From an uncultured Acetatifactor sp. (lineage in GTDB: Bacteria; Bacillota; Clostridia; Lachnospirales; Lachnospiraceae), in contig CANQEH010000013.1 in NCBI GenBank assembly GCA_947594835.1, positions 8,838 to 72,837 of the forward strand: a DNA stretch of 64,000 nucleotides, written 5' to 3'. This document shows positions 26,898-35,784 of this stretch, piece after piece (the first letter of the stretch is position 1; each line of letters starts with the position of its first letter). Under the pieces are notes generated by a model. The model was not told the DNA's origin, searched no databases, and was given only the letters and a program-made list of their open reading frames with translations. The position numbers and the translations under genes are program-made.

Positions 26898-28346
26898 TTA
26901 CAGTCCCAGGGAGGACAGGATGCCCTCGCGGTCGATCTCGATGTCGGGATAGGTAGCTGCTACCTCGTCAAAGAATTCGTTGATTGCCGTAACCTTGTCG
27001 GTCTGATTTTCCTTTACCTTCGTGATCGCTGCGCCCCATGAGTTGCCGATGGCAGTGTCATACTGGGTCACCTTGGAGTAGTCGATGCCCTCTGCCAGCT
27101 CCAGCCACAGCTTGTTGGTCTGCTGGTTGTAAGTAGGGTTCACATCATCTGCATGGGCTTCCAGATAAGCCACCAGGGAAGAAACGTCGCCCTGAGAGGT
27201 CTCGCCCCACCAGGTAGCGGTATCCATATCCAGGGTAGCGAACTTGATGAACTCCCAAGCCAATTCCTTGTTCTCGGAGAAGCTGCTGATGCCGAGCCAG
27301 GAACCGCCGCCGAAGCCGTATGCAGGGCCGCGGCAGATGCCCCAGTCGCCCAAGGTGTCGCCTGCGTTGTCACGCATGGTCAGAGCGCCCCAGGAAGGAA
27401 GGCCGAATGCGAATACCTCAGCGGTGTCCATCCCCTCGGTAGCTGCCGTAAAGGAATCCTTATCCCATACGTTCATGTCGTCGGTACCCCACTGGGTCTC
27501 AGCGGTCAGAATGGGAACGGGGCCGCCCATTGCCTGATACCAGGGCGCTGCCCACTGTGCAGCGTAAGCGGTCAGATCTTCCTGCCAGAGCTGTACGCAC
27601 ATATCCATGTACTCCATTCTGGAAGGGTCGATGTTTAACTTGCCGTCGATAACCCATGCGCTGTCGCCGGAGAAGTAGTTGGTCTCAGCCTCGGAAGCAA
27701 AGATGCGGTAGCCTGCATCCTTTAACTTGCGGCCTGCGTCGATAATGCTGTCATAGCTGGAGAACAGCTTGCCGATCTCCTCGGGATCGTCGCTGCCGAA
27801 CACTTCCTTTGCAATGCTCCTTCTGTAGAAGAAACCGGCGGGGCAGATCTGGTAGGAAACGGCCCTCTGGATGCCCTGCTCGTCCTTACCTACCTCAACC
27901 ATGTAGTCCACCAGCTGGTCTGCATACTGTTCAAAGTTGTAAGGCGCCTGATCCAAGTCCTCAAAGAAGCCTGCGTCAAAGAAGTCGCCCAGCATCTGAG
28001 GCTCGCCCATGATGATGTCGGGGGTGGTCTGGCCAGCGCCTAAGGCTGCCTGTACGGTGGTGGGATAGTCTGCGGGAGCGGTCACCACAACCTCCATCTC
28101 CACGCCGGGGTGCAGTTCCACAAAGCGGTCTGCAAACTGCTTCATGTCGTCTGCCAGCGCCCAGAGCACCAGCTTGCCGCTCAGTTCGCCGGAAGCCGTG
28201 GCTACATCGCCGGTAGCTGCGGTATCGCCGGAAGCGTTGTCTCCGGCAGCGCTGCCGCTGGTGTTCCCTGCATCATTGCCGCAGGCTGCCAGCGAGAATG
28301 CCATGACGCCCGCTAACATCAATGCCGTTACCTTTTTGAGCTTCAT
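26898..28346 (-). CDS. ABC transporter solute-binding lipoprotein (sugar family 1)
   Basis: MKLKKVTALMLAGVMAFSLAACGN lipobox; 482 aa. Confidence 0.9.
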   Translation of the reverse strand: MKLKKVTALMLAGVMAFSLAACGNDAGNTSGSAAGDNASGDTAATGDVATASGELSGKLVLWALADDMKQFADRFVELHPGVEMEVVVTAPADYPTTVQAALGAGQTTPDIIMGEPQMLGDFFDAGFFEDLDQAPYNFEQYADQLVDYMVEVGKDEQGIQRAVSYQICPAGFFYRRSIAKEVFGSDDPEEIGKLFSSYDSIIDAGRKLKDAGYRIFASEAETNYFSGDSAWVIDGKLNIDPSRMEYMDMCVQLWQEDLTAYAAQWAAPWYQAMGGPVPILTAETQWGTDDMNVWDKDSFTAATEGMDTAEVFAFGLPSWGALTMRDNAGDTLGDWGICRGPAYGFGGGSWLGISSFSENKELAWEFIKFATLDMDTATWWGETSQGDVSSLVAYLEAHADDVNPTYNQQTNKLWLELAEGIDYSKVTQYDTAIGNSWGAAITKVKENQTDKVTAINEFFDEVAATYPDIEIDREGILSSLGL

Positions 28347-28459
28347 AATTTTTCCTCCTTTTATGGTGAAACATTACTTGTTTCCCGTTTTTGTAATTCC
28401 ATTATATTTTCCATGCCCAGGGGATAAAATGGCTCTTTTTTTGTAAAGGTGTCATTTTT

Positions 28460-29791
28460 TTATTCATAGAGCAGGGTTTTGATGGAATGTGCCTCCACAG
28501 AGAAGAAGACGCCCTCTCCCCGCTCTCTCAGGTACACCGGAAGCGCCTTTTCCCCCCGGTTTAAAAGCACCACCGCCCGGCTGCCGTCCGGGTTTTCAAA
28601 GCCGGCTGCCTCCAGGGCGTCCGTGTAACAGGTGGATGCCACCTGCACGGCCCCCGGCTGGATATGGCGGGAAAACTGCCCGATGTAGTAATAGGAAAGC
28701 TGTCTCTCCAGGCCCCCCTGCCCGTCGCACATCATGGGCGCGGCGCAGAAATTCCCCACATGGTTGGGGCCGCCCTTTTCGTCTAAAAGCAGGTTCCAGT
28801 CAAAAAAGGCCTCCGTGCCCGCCTTCAGGTTCCCCAGCAGATCGTGGGCGTACATCTGCGCCTTTTGTACCTCCCCAAAGTCCCCGAACCGGGAATACTC
28901 CACGCACCCTTCCGTAAAGAACACCCGCTTTTCCGGGTAGGCCTTTTTCACCGCCCGGATGGCGTCAAAGTGATCCCCGGTGTACCAGTGCATGGCAACG
29001 CCGCTTGCCGCCTCCCTGCAGCCGGGCACCGAAAAGCTCTCCCTGGCCCGGTCGTACATATTTTCCTTGTTGTGATCCCAGAGAAAGATCTCCACATCCC
29101 CAAGGCCTGCCTCTTTTAAGGCCGGAGATAAGTACTGCGCCGCAAAGCGCCCCTCCTCGGAGCCGGTGTAGATGCAGGAATCCCAGCTCTGTACGGCCTC
29201 CGGCTCGTTCTGCACCGTCAGGTAGCGGACTAAAATCCCCTCCTTTTGCAGTTCCTTTAAATAGCGGACATAATACCTGGCCCAGAGGCCGTAGCACTCT
29301 TCCTTTAACTTCCCTCCGTGGTTCATCTCCCCGTTGGTCTTCATGTAAGCGGGCGGCGACCAGGGCGAGACCAAAAGCCCCAGTTCCTTTCCCCGTCTCT
29401 GGGCGGCCGCCTTTACCAGGGGCAGGATGTGCTCCCTGTCATGGCTGATGTCAAAGCTCTCCAGGGTCTGATCGCCCTCTTTTACATAGGTGTAATTGCC
29501 CAGGGCAAAATCGCAGCTGTTCATGTGCAGCCTGCCCAAGCTGTAGCGCAGGCCAGTCTCTCCAAAATACCCCTCCAGAAACGTCTCCTTCGCCTGGTCG
29601 GAAAGGCCGGCAAAGCTGACCGCCGCCGCCTCGGTGAAAGCCCCTCCGAACCCCTCTATCCGCTGTTCTTTTAATTCCGGGTAAACGTTGACCACATGGA
29701 TGAAGTCCTCCTGGGGGACGGCGGACAAGCTCTCCTCCGCCCAGTACTGCCCTTTTGCCGCGTCCGTGGTAACGGCTCTGATCTCTCTCAT
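28460..29791 (-). CDS. glycoside hydrolase family 30 (glucosylceramidase-like beta-glucosidase/beta-1,6-glucanase type), cytoplasmic
   Basis: QRIEGFGGAFTEAAA and LTVQNEPE (acid/base Glu context) are GH30 hallmarks as I recall them. No signal peptide. Confidence 0.8.
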   Translation of the reverse strand: MREIRAVTTDAAKGQYWAEESLSAVPQEDFIHVVNVYPELKEQRIEGFGGAFTEAAAVSFAGLSDQAKETFLEGYFGETGLRYSLGRLHMNSCDFALGNYTYVKEGDQTLESFDISHDREHILPLVKAAAQRRGKELGLLVSPWSPPAYMKTNGEMNHGGKLKEECYGLWARYYVRYLKELQKEGILVRYLTVQNEPEAVQSWDSCIYTGSEEGRFAAQYLSPALKEAGLGDVEIFLWDHNKENMYDRARESFSVPGCREAASGVAMHWYTGDHFDAIRAVKKAYPEKRVFFTEGCVEYSRFGDFGEVQKAQMYAHDLLGNLKAGTEAFFDWNLLLDEKGGPNHVGNFCAAPMMCDGQGGLERQLSYYYIGQFSRHIQPGAVQVASTCYTDALEAAGFENPDGSRAVVLLNRGEKALPVYLRERGEGVFFSVEAHSIKTLLYE

Positions 29792-29827
29792 GGATATCCC
29801 TCCTGTCGGTTTTGCAAGGCTGCCGCC

Positions 29828-32800
29828 CTATACCAGTTTCACATAGATGGTTTCGATCTTCCCGTCCCGCACGGCCTTTGCCGTCTCTCCTGCGAGCACG
29901 CTCTGGCAGGTCTGGAAGCTGCTTTTATCCCGATAGGTCAGCTCCATCCGCTCCACAGAGTAATTGCCGGGGAAATAGTCCCTGGTCTGGGCCGTCTCAT
30001 AGATGACCCGGGTATTGCCCAAAAGCACAGCCTCCACCCGCTTTTCTTCCCCTAACAGGTAGGCGGGCAGGGCCGGGGTTAAGGACAGGGTCAGCTCCCC
30101 GTCCTTCCAGGAAAACAGCTCCCCGAACATCATGCCCACCCACATGGAGAGAAACTCCACGGTGGAGCCGGACAGCCTTGCCACAAAGCCCCGGCCATGG
30201 CAGGACTTGTCGGGGTTTTTGCTGCTTGCCAGGAAGGAGGAATTTTCGTAAATGCTCCTGCCGTAGCGCTCCGGATCCTGGAAGGGGATAGCCGCCTTTT
30301 TAAAATCGCTGAAAAACTCCTCGTACATCCCATTTCTCAAAAGCTCCAGCAGATACTTGTACTCCATGTGCAGCCAGATGGACTCGTTCTCCAGCCAGCC
30401 GGGGGTGAATGCCTTGGCCCGCCCCAGCTCGATGGAAGCCTCCGCCAGGGAGGCGTTTACCTTGTACATCTGAAGGGGCTCGTCGTAGAGATCGCTTTCC
30501 TTGATCTTCTCATACAGCCTGCGCTTTTCCTCCTCCCTGCCCTCCAGCTTGAAGAACCGCACCGGCCCCTCTAAAAACAGCGGCACGTTTTTCTGCTCAA
30601 AGCGCAGGGGAACAATGCCCTCCCCATCCTCTGCAAACTCTTTTACCTCATAGGTAAAATAGGTGGGGCAGATGCCCTCTTTCCCTGCGGCGCAGGCTTT
30701 GCGGATGCCCGCCAGAAGCGTCTCCTGCATGGCCTGCAGCAGCTCTAGCAGCCTTCCGCTGTCCACGGAGGCCCTTGCCCCGCTGATGCCTGCAAAGGTC
30801 TTCTCCCAGTAGGCCTCCTTGGCGTCGTTTCTCAAATTCCAGAACTCCAGAAGCTCCTCTTCTTTTTGGATATCTTCCCTGCAGTGGAGGGTGATCTCCC
30901 CCATCTGCTCCAAAAATCCCGCCACCTCTGCCAGCAGTTCCATATCGGGCCGGTAGGTCTTTAACTCCCGGATGACAAACTCGACCATCCGCTCCAGCTC
31001 GTAAGTCTCGGCCATGGAGGAGCCAAACAGCCCGGGCAGGCCGTTTAGGGCGTCATACCAGCCCGGCTTGCCTCCCTCCATCTCCACGCCGCAGCCATAG
31101 GCGTCCAGGGCGGCGTACTTGGCGGCGCAGAGTAAGAGCAGCTTCTCCATCACCGTCACCTCCACCACCTCTCCCTGGCCAAAGCGGTCCCGCAGCAGCT
31201 TTTCGCCGCCCGCTTTCCTGCCCTCGTCCAGGAAATGATACTGGCGCACCCCGTTTTCCGTCTTGACATACCGCTTTTTCCGGGGCAGGATCGCCGCCTG
31301 GGAGCGGTAGAAAGTGACAGGCGTCTCAAACAGGATCTCCTTCTCCTTTTCCGGGAAGACCTTCAGATACGCTTCGATCAGATCCAGGTTATACGTCCAG
31401 TGGTCGCTCCAGTAGCCCTCGCCAAAGTCCGCGTTGACCGTGCTGTGAACCCGGCCCATCACCTGGGCGAAATACCGCTCCTCTTCCTCCACGTCCCGGA
31501 TGCCCAGTTCGTCCAGCTTTGCAAAAAACGCGCCGGGGGTGAAGGGCTCTCCCAGAAAGCCCAGAAGTTCCTCCTTCTGCTCCTGGGTAAAGCGGTCAAA
31601 GATCTCCTCCGCCGCCTCCTCCGGCAGGGTGTATGTCACCTTCTCGATGGCCAGCGGATTGTAGCCGTCCAGCTGGATCAGGCTGTAAAATTTCACGATG
31701 TTTTCTGCGCCCACATAGGGGGTAAAGAAGGCGTCGCACCTCCTGTTCTGGTTCACGTCCCGGAAATTCCCGTTGCCCTGGGAATAGTACTCGGGGAGCA
31801 TCCGGAAATAGTTGTAATCCCGCTCCAGATCCCCGTGCTTTCTGGAGTAGGCGTAAAAGATATGATCCCCGGGCAGCCGGATGGGGAATCCCCCCCGCAG
31901 CACATTGTCCATATAGGTGTAGCTGCTGTATGCGTCAAAGGCCGCATCCGCCGTCTTTGTCCCGATCACCTGGCAGAGTTCTTCCGGCAGTTTCACGGCA
32001 CGGGCAAATTTTTCTTCAAAATACGCGGGGCCGAGGCGTTTCTCCAGCAGGCGCTCCAGCAGGCGCCTGCCGCCCACCTGGCCGATGACCTCGTACAAGG
32101 TCAGGCTCTCCCCGGGCTGCAGGGTGCGCTTTGCCGCAAAGAAGCAGCAGGGATACTGGTTCGTGTCCACCTGCTGGGCCGCCAGAAAAGCGTCGTAGTC
32201 CATCCTGGAAAAGCCCACAGCCTTCTGCATGGAGCAGTCATATCCAAAGACCAGGGAGGGATCCGTCACCACCGGCAGGCGCTCTCCCGTCCCGTCGCAG
32301 GCAAACCCGTAGTTTCCCCCTGCGATAGCGGTGACGCAGGCCGTGTCCGCCATGCTGGCCCGCACCCTGAAATAGGGCACCCCGGGCATCAGCTTTTCCG
32401 CCTGCATCCAGGCCTTGGAGGTGTGCCCCATCTCCTTGACGCTGCCCATGTCCACCCCGAAGGGGATCACCACAGGCATTCCGTCCAGCACTTCCAGGGT
32501 GCAGGGCGCGCCTTTTTTGCTGCGCAGGGTCACCTTCCGCACCAGCGCTCCCGTCTTTTCCTCCGGCAGCGTGATGTAGTCTACCCGGACGTCCAGACCG
32601 TTTGCCGCATCCGTCTCCTGGATGGCAAGGCTGTTTGGCCCCACCGTCATCTGCTTTTGGGTGTCCTCCCCGGTAAAAAGCTCCAGATATCTGCCGTCCA
32701 GCCTGACAAAGGTGCGAAACCCGCGGAGGGCCGTGTGCTCATAGGACTGCTGGGCAGGGAAAAACTCCATGATGGCGTGATCCTTGTCCTCCACGCCAAA

Positions 32801-32935
32801 GCTTGCGATGCACTGGCCGCGGTTGACATAATAGCACCAGATGGGGATGCCGTGGAGCCCTGCAAGCCCCGGAAGGAAGCTGGCAAAGGCAGGCTTTTTG
32901 TCATAATCGGTAATGGTAAAGGTCATATCGGACAT
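29828..32935 (-). CDS. 1035-aa uncharacterised (alpha/alpha)6-barrel-type glycoside phosphorylase/hydrolase-like protein, distantly GH94-like
   Basis: FRDVNQNRR, GKPGWYDALNGLPG and ENESIWLHMEYKY occupy positions analogous to the RD..QD, DWND and ENG..FxH segments of GH94-type enzymes. I cannot place it in a named family. Confidence 0.5.
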   Translation of the reverse strand: MSDMTFTITDYDKKPAFASFLPGLAGLHGIPIWCYYVNRGQCIASFGVEDKDHAIMEFFPAQQSYEHTALRGFRTFVRLDGRYLELFTGEDTQKQMTVGPNSLAIQETDAANGLDVRVDYITLPEEKTGALVRKVTLRSKKGAPCTLEVLDGMPVVIPFGVDMGSVKEMGHTSKAWMQAEKLMPGVPYFRVRASMADTACVTAIAGGNYGFACDGTGERLPVVTDPSLVFGYDCSMQKAVGFSRMDYDAFLAAQQVDTNQYPCCFFAAKRTLQPGESLTLYEVIGQVGGRRLLERLLEKRLGPAYFEEKFARAVKLPEELCQVIGTKTADAAFDAYSSYTYMDNVLRGGFPIRLPGDHIFYAYSRKHGDLERDYNYFRMLPEYYSQGNGNFRDVNQNRRCDAFFTPYVGAENIVKFYSLIQLDGYNPLAIEKVTYTLPEEAAEEIFDRFTQEQKEELLGFLGEPFTPGAFFAKLDELGIRDVEEEERYFAQVMGRVHSTVNADFGEGYWSDHWTYNLDLIEAYLKVFPEKEKEILFETPVTFYRSQAAILPRKKRYVKTENGVRQYHFLDEGRKAGGEKLLRDRFGQGEVVEVTVMEKLLLLCAAKYAALDAYGCGVEMEGGKPGWYDALNGLPGLFGSSMAETYELERMVEFVIRELKTYRPDMELLAEVAGFLEQMGEITLHCREDIQKEEELLEFWNLRNDAKEAYWEKTFAGISGARASVDSGRLLELLQAMQETLLAGIRKACAAGKEGICPTYFTYEVKEFAEDGEGIVPLRFEQKNVPLFLEGPVRFFKLEGREEEKRRLYEKIKESDLYDEPLQMYKVNASLAEASIELGRAKAFTPGWLENESIWLHMEYKYLLELLRNGMYEEFFSDFKKAAIPFQDPERYGRSIYENSSFLASSKNPDKSCHGRGFVARLSGSTVEFLSMWVGMMFGELFSWKDGELTLSLTPALPAYLLGEEKRVEAVLLGNTRVIYETAQTRDYFPGNYSVERMELTYRDKSSFQTCQSVLAGETAKAVRDGKIETIYVKLV

Positions 32936-32962
32936 GATCTGTCTCCTCCTTAAGCATTGGTC

Positions 32963-35656
32963 TTATATCAATTCTGCAAAAATCTCATGCCGGGTCTCTT
33001 TGTCCAGGCCGCGCATCTGTTCCGCCGTCACGGCTGCGCCTTCCTGCTCCGGAAGCCTTGCGCCGTCCAGATAGACCGCTCCCAGACGGTATGCGCCGCA
33101 GGTTTTCCGCTCCCGGTTTTCGTACTCAATCTTTAAGCTGCGCCCGCCCCAGGTCAGCTCGATGGAGGCCCTGCCCTCCCCGTCAAACTGCTCCGCCAAA
33201 AGCTTCGGCTCCAGACACAGGGCGCCAAATTTTCCCTTCACGCCGAAGACCTCCTGAACCACGGTCAGCACATACCAGCTGGCTGCCCCGGTCAGGTAAT
33301 GGTACAGGCCCCGTCCCCTGTCGTCGAAATACTCCGGGATGCCGGGATAAATGCAGCTTACCTCAAAATCCGCCGCCTGCTCATAGAGCGTGTGCAGCGC
33401 CTTGTGCCCCTCCCCGGCAAACCCCTGCCGGTACAGGGCGTTTGCGTACATGGTCGTCATATGGGAGAACACGGCGCCGTTTTCCTTGTGGCCGTAGGCA
33501 AAGCCGAACATACGCCCCAGATCAGTCTTTAGCTCTTTAAAATCCGTGTTCAGCCGATATCCGCCCACCTCCCTGCGGTACAGATAGCGGTCTGCGCTCC
33601 TTGTGATCTTTGCGGTCTGCTCTCTCGTTGCCGTCCCGGACATGACGGCAAACACCTGGCCTGTGAGCATCATGCGCACGCCCTCTTTGGTCTTTCCCTC
33701 CACCTGCCTGCCGTGGTCGTCGTAATAGCTGTTAAACCAGCCGTCCTCCCCGTCCTCGATCCACTCCGTCTTCCGGATATGCTCCCGGATCCAGGCCGCT
33801 TTGTGCCGGAGGCTCTCTGCGGCGTCCTCCGCCCTGAGATAGCATTTTTCTCCCGACAGGGTGTGGCGGCAGCTCTCACAGTAGCTGGCAAGGAGCCTGC
33901 GCTTCTCCTCCGGGCTGTCATAGAGCTTTTCACTGTCCGAAAACAGCACCTCCATCTCCGCTGCCACCCAGAAGCCCTCCATGCCCCGCTGCGCTTTCTG
34001 CGCCTCGATGAGGGAGGCTAAGGTGTCCAGGTTTTCCGCATAGGCGGCGGTAAACGCCACGCTCTCCCCCTGATGGGCCGCCATATCCAGCGCGTCGTTC
34101 CAGTCCGCCCCCCTTAGGAGCATATGGTTGTGTCCGCCCACATCGTAAAACACCGTCAGGTTCTGCACCAGAAGATGCTCCAGCACGCTGCCCTGGTACA
34201 CGCCGCCGGAAAGATCCCGCTGCAGCGGTGCTTCCCCGGGCAGGAAATCCGGGTCTATCTGGGTGCCCCGAAAGATCTGGCCGTCCTTAAAATAGCTGTT
34301 CTCCCTGCACAAAAACTCCAGATCCCCCGTCTGGTGTATGTACTGCCCCACCGTGATGAGCGGCCAGAGTCCGTGATCCATCCAGACCCTGGTGATATGG
34401 TTTCTGTCCGCCAGAAACTCTCCCGGTCCGTTTCCGATGATGGTGGCGTTGGTGCCGTCCATGCGCACGCCGCCGAAATTGGCCAAAAGCATCTCCTTCA
34501 CCCCCTGGGGATTCAGGAGAAGCAGCGCCAGGCAGTCCTGCCACAGATCCCGCCATCCCCTGCCGCCCCGGCCATAGTCGTGATGGGGCAGAAAGGAGCA
34601 GCCGTAGATCCGCCGCAGGATGGGCTGGAAGGTCACCCAGTGCAAAAAACGGTCAAAGTCCCTGTCCCCGGTGTGGTAGTGGATGCTGACCTTCTCCTCC
34701 CAGTAAGCTTTCGTCTCCTCCAGGGCCGAGAGGGCTTTCTCTTTCGTCCCCAGGGCTTCCCGCAGCGCTTCTTCCTGCCAGGGCCCCTGGGTCAGCCCTG
34801 CAAGCAGCACATAGGAGACGCTCCCGCCGGGAGCAAGGCTCACCTGGGCAAAGCGCATGGCCCCCATGGCCTCCCGCCCCGCCGCGCTTTCGCCCGCCGG
34901 GACGCCGGGAAGACGCCCATAGACGGCCCGCGGGCAGTCGTAGCTTCCGCCCTCCCCCACAAAGTCGCCTGCAACGGGATAAAAAGCCTCCGGGGCTTCC
35001 CCGGTTCCTGTAAACCCGGCGGCAAAATAGGTGGTGTCATTGATCTGATGCCCCCTCTCGTCAAAGGAGAGGGTGGGATGCACCAGAACGCTGTGCCGGG
35101 TGGTGCAGATCCGGTGCAGCAGGGAAGTCACGTGCCTGTGATCCCGCAGGTTGTCGGCGCTGCGCCCGTAGATCGGGATGGCGCTGTAAGGCGTAAACGT
35201 CACGGGGGATACGCCGTCGTTCTGAATCGTCACCAGCAGAGCTTCCACATTGCCCTGCCGCACCGGCACGAACGCCTGGATCCGGGAGGTAAGCCCCGTC
35301 CTGGCGCTGTGCCTGACCGTCTGCTGCCACATCAGCCCCGCCGTCAGACTGCTCTCCTCCCCCTTCCCCTCCGCCCGGGCCGCCGCCTCGCTGGCGCTGG
35401 CCCCGGTGGCCGACCAGACGGATCCGTCTGAGAGCGCGCACCAGAAATTCCGGGTGCTCCTGTTGTTGTGCAGATCCTCCACGCTCACAGGCTGTAACAG
35501 GAAATGATCCTGATCCGTCTTTGCGTCGCCGCCCAAAAGCGGCGTGAACGCGCTCCGCAGGCCGTCTCCCGAAGCAATGGGAAAATACAGGCCGCTTAAC
35601 GCCTCTGGAAACGGCAGGGTAAAAGTGCCATTATCGTCCTGATAAGAGTAAGCCAT
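32963..35656 (-). CDS. GH94-like glycoside phosphorylase (cellobiose/oligoglucan phosphorylase superfamily)
   Basis: Trimmed to ATG 35656 (MAYSYQDDNGTF...). GWRDLWQDC, RGADWNDALDM and HKENGAVFSHM are motifs typical of GH94. Confidence 0.7.
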   Translation of the reverse strand: MAYSYQDDNGTFTLPFPEALSGLYFPIASGDGLRSAFTPLLGGDAKTDQDHFLLQPVSVEDLHNNRSTRNFWCALSDGSVWSATGASASEAAARAEGKGEESSLTAGLMWQQTVRHSARTGLTSRIQAFVPVRQGNVEALLVTIQNDGVSPVTFTPYSAIPIYGRSADNLRDHRHVTSLLHRICTTRHSVLVHPTLSFDERGHQINDTTYFAAGFTGTGEAPEAFYPVAGDFVGEGGSYDCPRAVYGRLPGVPAGESAAGREAMGAMRFAQVSLAPGGSVSYVLLAGLTQGPWQEEALREALGTKEKALSALEETKAYWEEKVSIHYHTGDRDFDRFLHWVTFQPILRRIYGCSFLPHHDYGRGGRGWRDLWQDCLALLLLNPQGVKEMLLANFGGVRMDGTNATIIGNGPGEFLADRNHITRVWMDHGLWPLITVGQYIHQTGDLEFLCRENSYFKDGQIFRGTQIDPDFLPGEAPLQRDLSGGVYQGSVLEHLLVQNLTVFYDVGGHNHMLLRGADWNDALDMAAHQGESVAFTAAYAENLDTLASLIEAQKAQRGMEGFWVAAEMEVLFSDSEKLYDSPEEKRRLLASYCESCRHTLSGEKCYLRAEDAAESLRHKAAWIREHIRKTEWIEDGEDGWFNSYYDDHGRQVEGKTKEGVRMMLTGQVFAVMSGTATREQTAKITRSADRYLYRREVGGYRLNTDFKELKTDLGRMFGFAYGHKENGAVFSHMTTMYANALYRQGFAGEGHKALHTLYEQAADFEVSCIYPGIPEYFDDRGRGLYHYLTGAASWYVLTVVQEVFGVKGKFGALCLEPKLLAEQFDGEGRASIELTWGGRSLKIEYENRERKTCGAYRLGAVYLDGARLPEQEGAAVTAEQMRGLDKETRHEIFAELI

Positions 35657-35729
35657 AACGCCTCGCCTTCTGCCGCACAGGCGGCACATCTGCCTCCTTG
35701 GAGACAGAATTTTTCGATACCCTTATTAT

Positions 35730-35765
35730 AAAAAAAGGCCCCCTTCCAGGAAAGGAGCCTTTTTT
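35730..35765. terminator. bidirectional intrinsic terminator (A7-GGCCCCCTTCC-a-GGAAAGGAGCC-T6)
   Basis: Near-perfect 11-bp stem with flanking A and T runs, 20 nt after the stop at 35785. Confidence 0.6.
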
Positions 35766-35784
35766 CAGAAAGAGTGCCCTTTTT

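Noticed and set aside
28391-28446. Direct repeat TTTTGTAA (reverse complement TTACAAAA), two copies ~47 bp apart upstream of the 26898 SBP gene, as a possible YesN site.
   Set aside because: Only two short AT-rich octamers in an AT-rich spacer. The motif is not found at the other promoter of the locus, so support is too weak.
31235-32953. 572-aa plus-strand ORF. The same issue applies to 34124..35431, 21266..22147, 24837..25658, 23716..24531, 38013..38804, 15376..15987, 5907..6584, 892..1386 and 1633..2175.
   Set aside because: All lie antisense to long minus-strand genes that have clear family motifs. Their products are Arg/Pro/Gly/His-rich low-complexity strings with no SD, which is typical of shadow ORFs in GC-rich coding DNA.
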